The notes under the pieces are model-generated. The model saw only the letters and a program-made list of their open reading frames with translations, had not been told where the DNA came from and ran no database searches. DNA of 64,000 nt from Ylistrum balloti (lineage: Eukaryota), in NCBI RefSeq assembly GCF_031769215.1, contig NW_026782207.1, positions 620,001 to 684,000 of the forward strand. The letters are read 5' to 3'. A program made the position numbers and the translations under genes. This document shows, piece by piece, positions 1 through 10,570 of this stretch (positions are counted from its first letter, which is position 1; each line of letters opens with the position of its first letter).

Positions 1-931
1 TGTGTACTAACAAGTATTCCTGTATTGACAACGTGCATTGCAATTTTCAACAAATTGATTTTTCTGAAATTTTCTTCAAACATATTAATAATAAGATTAT
101 ATGTATTATGGAGATGAATGAAAATTAGTTTTGAGTGAAAGTTCGATAGTATTCCTTGTTAAATATATGTATGAATTCGTATTAAGCTGGTAAGACTAGG
201 TATACTTTCAGCTCGACCATCAGTGGCGTTCATACATGTCGAATTACTGTGTGTTAACTGGAATCAATAATTCACTAGTATATACATACGGCCTTTCATG
301 CCTCTCTAATGATACGTGCTACAATCATCACTACCCCTACAATAGATGTGAACTATTCGCCTATGAATAAGTAATTCTATGAAGTATAAATGTTCACGCA
401 ACATTCATAAAGGTGTGAACACCATATCATAAAAGCAGAAAGCAATTTCAATATCAGTTGTAAAAACGGTACACAGTTTGACTATGGCCTTATGTAAATA
501 TAGCGGTAGCAATTTGTCATCTATCATTTCGTGTTATTTAACTTCCAATTTTTTTAACAACATGATTTTTTTTTTAAATTCGAGTACCCTAGAACAATTT
601 TAACTCCATGCATGTGTTCATGAACAAATATTGTATAGTATTGTCTAAATAAATGTATAACCAGCAAAATAAATTATTCCAGATTTAATTGTTATATATT
701 AACTGTCAGATATTTTTATTTGTACTTTATGTAATCAATGTCTTATTCCGATTTTATATCAAATTATAACATAAGTATGTACAAAAACATTTCAAAAAGA
801 GGAAAGAAAAGTGTAAAAAAGAATATTCATTGGTTAAGGTAAGCAAATTGTACAAAAAACACACAAGTGAATAGCACATCTTACTACAATTTCATAGTTA
901 GATACAGTAGAGCTAAACAACGACTGAAACT

Positions 932-975
932 GCACCATACAGCTGTTTCGTCCTTATAGAACTCGTCAGTGATAC
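932..975 (-). ncRNA. Minimal type I hammerhead ribozyme (Penelope/retrozyme type)
   Basis: Minus strand reads GTATCA-CTGACGA-GTTCT(ATA)AGGAC-GAAA-CAGCTG-TA-TGGTGC. It has an intact CUGANGA and GAAA core, a 5-bp stem II, a palindromic stem III (ACAGCUGU), a GUA cleavage triplet and a 6-bp stem I (2 wobbles). Confidence 0.8.
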
Positions 976-1570
976 TACGGGCCTTAATTTTGAAGTACAT
1001 CTATAGTAGGCACCCAAAGTAATCACAAGGAAAGTCAAACCCTAGATTTGGAGGTGCACTAGACTTTCTGATACTACATGTGTTGTTATAGTACAAATAT
1101 ATACTATACCCTATCTCTTTTCTCGTCTGCAAGCCTTTGTTTTTCTTTGAGAAGCTCCGGAGTCAGTATAGGCATATTCAGGGGTTCTAATCGCTGAAAC
1201 AGATGTCGACAGAAACATCAAAAGCAAATAAAAACATAAACGGGAAAAGGGAAAAAAAGACAGCATTAATAAATTCATATTTTCTATTAATTATAAAAAT
1301 AAAATTCATATGAGGAAACATATGCTAATGCATTGCCAGGCACGTTGTAAGGCAGCATCTGTGAACTCATATTTGAAGACAATAAAAAACAATGGTGAAC
1401 ATTAAATGCATTAAATGGAATGCCCTTACTATCACCAAGTAATCGGAGTGTACGTCATGATTAGATTTAATGCAATTTTATTGTGGGAAAATAAAAGATT
1501 TTTACTCAAAGCTACCAATTCAATAAAACCAGGGTAAATGTGATCAAAAGAAAGACGGAGACACCTGGAA

Positions 1571-1657
1571 AAGTACAAGGAGAATAAGACCAGGTGTTCC
1601 TGAAGTGTCAGTGTTTTCTGCTTCATCAACGACACTCGTCATGTAAACTTTGGTCAA
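1571..1657. repeat. Dispersed repeat copy 1 (Penelope-associated family, inferred)
   Basis: GTACAAGGAGAATAAG..CAGGTG..GAAG..TTCTGCTTCATCAAC..CATGTA..TTGGTCAA is shared with 19515-19602. Confidence 0.65.
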
Positions 1658-1926
1658 TTCACGTAATAAAGTCACGTTCTCAAGCGCGAACATGGTTTAT
1701 AAAAATGGGACCAAGTGGCAAAATATGGAGCACCATATATCTTAAGCTTCATATCGCACAAAAACAAATTCTCAATGAGATCACTATGACGACGGTAAAA
1801 CCTCCCGATAATTTTCATCAACATGCATCTTTTGAAACTCTGTGTTATGAGTTTGCCTGTCAATTGACGACACCTTGTATATAAAATTAGAGTAAGATGG
1901 AGCAGAGCCTAAACCTGAGTTAAACT

Positions 1927-1970
1927 TAATCATACAGCTGTTTTGTCCTTCTAGGACTCATTAGTGATGT
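1927..1970 (-). ncRNA. Degenerate (probably inactive) hammerhead paralogue
   Basis: ACATCA-CTAATGA-GTCCT(AGA)AGGAC-AAAA-CAGCTG-TA-TGATTA. Same architecture as 932-975, plus ~45 bp of shared flank, but core G5 and G12 are mutated to A. Confidence 0.65.
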
Positions 1971-3642
1971 AAAGGTGAAAAATAGGACTCGACAGAGAGC
2001 GAACCAAAATGGTCGAAATGATATTCTATTCTGTTACCTTTAGCTTCATAGGAGGGTGCTTGGCGATGAGGCTCGGTTTCTCCTCCCCGTCCATTCCCAC
2101 AGAAAAACTGATAGACTTGGGAAGAGCTGAAAATATATCAAAACCCGATTTTTACTTAATCATCGTCATGAAAATGCACATATTGAGTGACGTGAACAAT
2201 GAATACATATTTATTGTATCTTCAAATATCAAAAGAGATATGATATCGAGGAATAAATGTTTGTGATTTATTTAACGCTACGATGGACTATATAAACGTA
2301 ATCATTGTACACACGAACATATGTCTAATGTTCAATTTTCTTAACAGAAAAGAGAACTTCAGCCCTTTCTATGTCATGTAAGTAGCTACGAGTCAAATTT
2401 GGAACCGTTATCCTAAGAATAAATAAACTTGTATCGGCAAGGTGAAAGACCGAAAAGTCAAAATTGAAAAATATACCACCTCACTAATGCACATGGGTTT
2501 ATCTGAACTCCAACGATTAAAACGGAAACTAAGGAACCGATAAAATAAATTACTCACTCCTAATATTACAATCAGAGGTGAAACCAGAAATCAGGTTTGG
2601 TCTGAGAACAAGATTCCCGATTTGACACAAATATCGCTTGTTAACTAAGTATATAATTAGATAAGCACCTGTTCATCTTTTCTGCATCCAAAAAGTAGCA
2701 ACCCTATTGGTATATGTCAGACGATGGTGGTAAATTATATTTAATGTAATGAAGTATCACCTGTTGTTTTTGATTGATTTTTCTTTTTTAATTATTCATT
2801 TATTCTTCGTTAATGTGAGCCTTCTCTGATATTGCGTTACCTCACACCAGCGTATAATCAAAATTAACTGTGAGAAAAGGTGTTATGGAAACTAACAAAA
2901 GATGATAAAGTTAGGTCTAGTAACTTCAATTTATATATAACCCTAAGACAAATTAGAAATTATCAATAAGTTTCACACACCGTACCAGTAATCATCTGTT
3001 TAGATTTGAAATTTGGCGTTGAATTCACAGTAATTTGGTTTTATCAGAGCATCTAGGATAGTGTTGAATAAGTCTGAACATAGGTTGATATTGCACTTAA
3101 TTTGGCTGTGCGTTTTACTACAGTGCTTAAGAGCATTATATGCCGATAATATCAAATGCCACGTGGTGAACCAAAACCCTGGCACAGGATCGTTGTCGTG
3201 TTACAAACGATTTAAAGAGTAATGTATGCAGATTTTATTGGGCTACTGCCACACACATGTCAAACTTTCACTGTGCTGTTGATTATTGAGAGTTGTGTGA
3301 AACACATGCTGTAGTATTGGCATGTGTCCTTTCTTCCCCATACCGAGTTTGTCGACCGAATTATCTAAAATATCCCCAAGCAAAATGATTCACTTGTTGT
3401 GCAAGGTGTAAGGTTTGACCATAAGTGATAGAGGTTAGGTTTCACAAGCATTTTGTTTTTTAATTTCTACAATAGACTAGTAAAAAACTATATGAGTAAT
3501 AAAATGCAAATGAATCAACTCTGGAACTTTGAATTATTTTCATAAAGAGAATTAATGTCATTGAGTCTAAGTTTAAGATCTGTGAAGAATGGTGAGAACA
3601 AACCTATGCATGCGGTTAATTGAGTTCGTTATTAATTCAACA

Positions 3643-3875
3643 NNNNNNNNNNNNNNNNNNNNNNNNNNNNNNNNNNNNNNNNNNNNNNNNNNNNNNNNNN
3701 NNNNNNNNNNNNNNNNNNNNNNNNNNNNNNNNNNNNNNNNNNNNNNNNNNNNNNNNNNNNNNNNNNNNNNNNNNNNNNNNNNNNNNNNNNNNNNNNNNNN
3801 NNNNNNNNNNNNNNNNNNNNNNNNNNNNNNNNNNNNNNNNNNNNNNNNNNNNNNNNNNNNNNNNNNNNNNNNNNN
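3643..3875. other. Assembly gap
   Basis: Run of 233 N. Confidence 1.
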
Positions 3876-5107
3876 TTACGACTAGTTTTTGCACGTGTAA
3901 ATGCGTACCTGGAATCTTACTCTAGTTTCTCTTTGCCTTGTATCTGCGTTGTCCAAATTTCTTGAAAACTTTACCAAACTTGGTGTTGCTTTGATATACA
4001 TTACTTCGTATTTTTATATATCTTTTTATTTTTCTAATTTTCATGATTTTTGAAAGTAGCCAAAAACATCTTTGACTTCTCTGTCATTGCTTTCAACACA
4101 GTTACATTTTTAAATGGTTGTTCTTCATCGATATTTTTATGGAATCTGAGTTGATATTGGGTTAAGTTGCCATGTTGGTATTTTCTTGACGTTTCTTGAA
4201 TACTTCAGAATATTTTATAATCGCTTTTGGTCCTCTGAATAAATAATGACAAAATTTTCAATAAACAAATGGTGGGTCTCAGGAACACATTATTCCTCAT
4301 CCCCAGACCGACCTTAACTGTTGTCAGTGATGTAGATTACTACAAGGTGTTATATAGAGCAGTTGCACGTGATAATCGTCTCCAATTACATGTTTTAATA
4401 ACACCCATCAGGCTATACATGTCTGCCAATCTCTTACTTTTTTGAGTAGTTATTCATGTATGTCAAATAGTGTCATTAATTTGACACATGCCTTAAAATA
4501 TGTGACGGCAATATGGAATCAATACACACAGATGCATTTGTGGTGCTAGAAAACTAACACAATGTGTCACATTGTCTCTATGGCATCAAAAATTGAGGAA
4601 AAATCTATATCTTTATTGACATCTATTCATTTAGTGTCTGCATTGTCATCTAAGACAGAGCAATTACAATGACTGTTCCAGATAAACAGCAATAAATATC
4701 TATATGTACATAAAATTGCAATCCTTACTCCAAATCGATAACACTACTGATGCGTCATACAAACAAATGAAATATTTACATTAAATCATATGGAAAATTT
4801 ACAATGCGAATTAGAAATGTAACAGAAAATTAGCATACCGTGATACAATGCGTAAAAGCTAAGCGTCAATATTAGCATAGAACGGTAACATTGATTTGTC
4901 AATATCAACATAAAGTTTCGTTAACACATAACGGCTACAACGATTGGTCAATATTAACATTTAAGTTTCTTCGGCACGTAACGACAACAACGATTGGTTA
5001 ATATTAGCTTTAAATGCTGTTTAATACACATGTACATCATTACAATGATTGGTTGAGATTAACCAATGGTAGGGGAGGACAGTGATTTGAATGATATCAT
5101 TACTTAC

Positions 5108-5312
5108 CAGGAGCATTGTTTGTGATAACATCGTCTCGGTTGGCGTTTGTGTCTGTGGTTTTTCGTATTTCTTTATTCTTTGCGTTGTTTTCCTTCACTG
5201 CTACTGGGTGGCCATTGGACACGATTTTGGTCTCTTGAGGTTTGGGCTTATCACGTGGTGTATTAGCGGCTCCTCCCTCTTCGTGAACAAGGTGGGACGG
5301 TCCACACCCCAT
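5108..5312 (-). CDS. First coding exon of an unidentified protein with N-terminal myristoylation/palmitoylation motif (MGCGPS)
   Basis: The ORF starts ATG GGG TGT GGA CCG TCC in a locally GC-rich segment, runs 68 hydrophilic codons and ends at a perfect donor CCTG|gtaagta (phase 1, intron starts 5107). Downstream exons are uncertain: one candidate is 3364-3243, and the gap at 3643-3875 may hide others. Confidence 0.65.
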
Positions 5313-6461
5313 ACCGAGGCTCTGGTTTCAGGCGGTTGATAATGTGATGGATGTTAGAATCTGGTGAAGATGGAAATCTACGTAGCGTATCCCCAGAGCG
5401 ATACTAAGCGTGACATTATGATCTGTGATTCTGGTTTTAACCGTAAACGATCTGGAAAAAACAACAAAACGTGATCTAAACTAAATCTGCAATAACATAC
5501 ATGGGCAGTTCTAAATACCAGTTTCCAGCCTCAAAGGATAAGGAAAGCACGAAACTGAGATATCAGTATATACATAAAGGGACTAAAAAGTGACCTGTAA
5601 CAGCTACAAATTGCTGGCATCATGTGATACCTTGCATTAGTCTTAGGAAAACACCTATAAGCATTAAAGCGTAGAGTGCAGCCTCTCCGGCCTCTCTCAG
5701 TCTCCCATGCTTGACTGAGAGGTGTATCGATCACTGAATCACGGCAAATCAGTACAGCTTTAATTAAGATATTAAAATCATTAGTAAATGATATAGAAAA
5801 TGATAATCATTTTCTTCTGGTTGGTAAGTAAATCTGTCAAAAGACTTTTATATATCACAATCAGTTAGAAAATTCTAAAAGACAAATAATCTAATCATGG
5901 GACACAGAAAAGAATTTTGTTTCATCTTTATTTCGTTTAAATCATAGCATATTGGAATATTGTCCTTCTATTACAATTCACATGAAAGCAACAGGCGATA
6001 TCAGATATGGAATCGATGTTATTTAACCAAATTCTTTGAATTATCTACTCAGAGAAAAAATCTTTCAGAAAAAAAAGAAATTATACCTTTTAAGCAACAA
6101 CTGTACTCAGGGCTAGAGCGCTTTATTAAATCTAGTTCAAACACAATTATTGATGACCTACGTGAAACATTATATTTCAAATCAATAGCGTAACAATCAT
6201 AGGAAAACATCAAACGAAACTTATTTTAGTACAAGTCATTAAGTATTGGATTTTCAACTAGACACTCCCTAAGTTAACTAAATGGTTGACGTAATGAGAC
6301 TAAAAACCTGGATCTATCAAACCAAAATACTAGTATAAATCATTCGTGTATATTATAACCCAGTAACAATGTCAATGAGACTTGACAGTCCATAAACCAT
6401 ACATAGAACGGCGTTCGTATAACTACAAATGAAAACTGAATTGGAATAACTTTATCCAATG

Positions 6462-9268
6462 ACATCTAGTGTTTTGGTACCGTCTAGTGTCTGTAGGACT
6501 ATTCATAGTAACATATAGTGTCTGTAGGACTATTCATAGTAACATCTAGTGTCTGTAGGACAATACATAGTAACATCTAGTGTTTGTAGGACTATTCATA
6601 GTAACATCTAGTGTCTGTAGGACTATTCATAGTAACATCTAGTGTCTATAGGACTGTACACAGTAACAACTGAGGTCTGTAGGACTGTACACAGTAACAT
6701 CTAGTGTCTATAGGACTGTACACAGTAACATCTATTATCTGTAGGACTGTATACAGTATCATCTAGTGTCTGTATGACTGTACACAGTAACATATAGTGT
6801 CTGTAGAACTGTACACAGTATCATCTAGTGTCTGTAGGACTGTACACAGTTATATGCAGTGTCTGTAGGACTGTACACATAGTAACATATAATGTCTATA
6901 GAACTGTACACAGTATCATCTAGTGTCTGTAGGACTGTACACAGTAACATATAGTGTCTGTAGAACTGTACACAGTAACATCTAGTGTCTGTAGGAATAT
7001 ACACAGTAGCATGCAGTGTCTGTAGGACTGTACACAGTAACATATAGTGTCTGTAGAACTGTACACAGTAACATCTTATGTCTTTAGGAATATACACAGT
7101 AGCATGCAGTGTCTGTAGGACTGTACACAGAAACTGTGTTATATAGTGTAGGACTGTACACATAGTAACATATAATGTCTATAGAACTGTACACAGTATA
7201 CACAGTAACATAACATATTGTCTGTAGAACTGTACACAGTAACATCTTATGTCTTTAGGAATATACACAGTAGCACATCGTGTAGTGTCTGCAGGACTAT
7301 ACACAGTAACATCTATTGTCTGTATGACTGAACACAGTAACATCTAGTGTCTGTAGGACTGTACACTGTAACATCTAAGGTCTGTAAGACTGTACACAGT
7401 AACATCTAGTGTCTATAGGAATGTACATAGTAACATCTAGTGTCTGTAGGACTGTACACAGTAACATATAGTGTCTGTAGGACTGTACACAGTAACATCT
7501 ATTATCTGTAGGACTGTATACAGTATCATCTAGTGTCTGTAGGACTGTATACTGTAACATCTAAGGTCTGTAAGACTGTACACAGTAACATCTAGTGTCT
7601 ATAGGAATGTACATAGTAACATCTAGTGTCTGTAGGACTGTACACAGTAACATATAGTGTCTGTAGGACTGTACACAGTAACATCTATTATCTGTAGGAC
7701 TGTATACAGTAACATATAGTGTCTGTAGAACTGTACACAGTATCATCTAGTGTCTGTAGGACTGTACACAGTTATATGCAGTGTCTGTAGGACTGTACAC
7801 ATAGTAACATATAATGTCTATAGAACTGTACACAGTATCATCTAGTGTCTGTAGGACTGTACACATTAACATATAGTGTCTGTAGAACTGTACACAGTAA
7901 CATCTAGTGTCTGTAGGAATATACACAGTAGCATGCAGTGTCTGTAGGACTGTACACAGTAACATATAGTGTCTGTAGAACTGTACACAGTAACATCTTA
8001 TGTCTTTAGGAATATACACAGTAGCATGCAGTGTCTGTAGGACTGTACACAGAAACGTGTAGTGTCTGCAGGACTATACACAGTAACATCTATTGTCTGT
8101 ATGACTGAACACAGTAACATCTAGTGTCTGTAGGACTGTACACTGTAACATCTAAGGTCTGTAAGACTGTACACAGTAACATCTAGTGTCTATAGGAATG
8201 TACATAGTAACATCTAGTGTCTGTAGGACTGTACACAGTAACATATAGTGTCTGTAGGACTGTACACAGTAACATCTATTATCTGTAGGACTGTATACAG
8301 TATCATCTAGTGTCTGTAGGACTGTACACTGTAACATCTAAGGTCTGTAAGACTGTACACAGTAACATCTAGTGTCTATAGGAATGTACATAGTAACATC
8401 TAGTGTCTGTAGGACTGTACACAGTAACATATAGTGTCTGTAGGACTGTACACAGTAACATCTATTATCTGTAGGACTGTATACAGTAACATATAGTGTC
8501 TGTAGAACTGTACACAGTATCATCTAGTGTCTGTAGGACTGTACACAGTTATATGCAGTGTCTGTAGGACTGTACACAGTAACATATAGTGTCTGTAGGA
8601 CTGTACACAGTAACATCTATTATCTGTAGGACTGTACACAGTAACATATAGTGTCTGTAGAACTGTACACAGTATCATCTAGTGTCTGTAGGACTGTACA
8701 CAGTTATATGCAGTGTCTGTAGGACTGTACACATAGTAACATATAATGTCGATAGAACTGTACACAGTATCATCTAGTGTCTGTAGGACTGTACACATTA
8801 ACATATAGTGTCTGTAGAACTGTACACAGTAACATCTAGTGTCTGTAGGAATATACACAGTTGCATGCAGTGTCTGTAGGACTGTACACAGTAACATATA
8901 GTGTCTGTAGAACTGTACACAGTAACATCTTATGTCTTTAGGAATATACACAGTAGCATGCAGTGTCTGTAGGACTGTACACAGAAACGTGTAGTGTCTG
9001 CAGGACTATACACAGTAACATCTATTGTCTGTATGACTGAACACAGTAACATCTAGTGTCTGTAGGACTGTACACTGTAACATCTAAGGTCTGTAAGACT
9101 GTACACAGTAACATCTAGTGTCTATAGGAATGTACATAGTAACATCTAGTGTCTGTAGGACTGTACACAGTAACATATAGTGTCTGTAGGACTGTACACA
9201 GTAACATCTAGTGTCTGTAGGACTGTATACAGTAACAGCTAGTGTCTGTAGGAATATACACCGTAACA
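6462..9268. repeat. 31-bp minisatellite (~90 copies) with higher-order structure
   Basis: Consensus TAGTGTCTGTAGGACTGTACACAGTAACATC. Variant blocks recur at offsets of 186, 777 and ~930 bp. Confidence 0.97.
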
Positions 9269-9817
9269 TTTACTATTAGGTTGATCTTGGTTACATTTAG
9301 TGTCACAAATCAGGATCAGTGACTTTGATGTTAGATGATGGAAACTGAAATACCGTACTGATTGTTTACGTATCACATGGCAACTGTTGTCAGTAGATAC
9401 ATGACTAAACTACAGACAAATATTTTCAGTTTGCTATTTAAATCAATATCGAATAAAATAAACACCAGACATAATATTGTACTAATAGAACACAAGGTAG
9501 CAATTACAGACAAAACATCTTTCAGTGCGTTTCGATAGATTTTGCTCCCTATTGAACTACAATAACCAGTGGGATATTCGGGTCTTGGTTTCAGAAAAAC
9601 ACTTTGCGTGTAATTATGGATATTGGATACATTGTGCTTTACGACTATAAAAATCATAAAACGTGTCGTTCCCTTTCTGTATGGTTCAATTCCTGGTACG
9701 TGACTACAGTTATTTACGTTTGACAAAGCTTTCACAATAGGTAGAATTAATTACTTTTCATAAAAAGCTAGAAGCACGCTCTGGTAGTCAGGCTTCGTTA
9801 CACTGTGCATACCTCGA

Positions 9818-10570
9818 CATGGTCGGATATTGTGGGGATATCATGAGAAAGCCAGGTATTGTTGGATATTGTGGGGATATCATGAGAAAGCTAGATGTGG
9901 TCGGATGTGGTCGGATATGGTTGGGATATCATGAGAAAGCTAGATATTGTTGGATATTGTTGGGATATCATGAGAAAGCAAGATGTGGTCGGATATGGTT
10001 GGGATATCGTGAGAAGGCTAGATATTGGTGAATGTTTTCGGAATACTCTGACATGTCATGAGAAAGCTAACAATAGCAGCATGTTGTTGAAATATCATAA
10101 GAAGGCTAGATGTATTTGGATGTTGTGGAGATGTCATGCGAAGGCTAGATAAAGTAAGATGTTGTTGGGATATCAAAGAGGGTCTAAAGAGATATCATGA
10201 GGAGGTAGGATGTTGTGGAGATCTCTTAGCAAGGCTAGATATGGTCGGATAGTGTGGGGATATCATAGGAAAGCTAGATATGATCAGGTGTTATAGTGAT
10301 ATCATATAAAGGCTAGATATGGTCGGATAGTGTGGAGATATCAAAGGAACCGTGGATAAGGTAGGAATATCATAAAAATGCTAAATGTGTTGGAATATTG
10401 TGTGGATATCATAAAAATTCTGAATATGGTTGATTATTGCGGGGATATCATGAGAAGGCTAGATATTGTTGAATTTTAGGGATATCATAAGAAGGCTAAA
10501 AATGGTTGGATATTTCGGGGATATCATGAGAATGTCGAATGTATGTTGTGGGGTATCATGCGGGGATACC
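9818..10570. repeat. Degenerate 39-bp tandem repeat (~19 copies)
   Basis: Consensus GGTCGGATATTGTGGGGATATCATGAGAAAGCTAGATGT, decaying toward the right. Confidence 0.9.

Noticed and set aside
3589-3925. ORFs spanning N runs (also 15807-16280)
   Set aside because: They are artefacts of assembly gaps.
3910-4236. Possible second exon of the MGCGPS gene (attcag acceptor, cag|gtacgc donor)
   Set aside because: There are stops in all frames from the acceptor.
6825-9269. Cys/Tyr-rich ORFs (MLLCTVLQTL...)
   Set aside because: They are translations of the 31-bp satellite, with no splice or start context.
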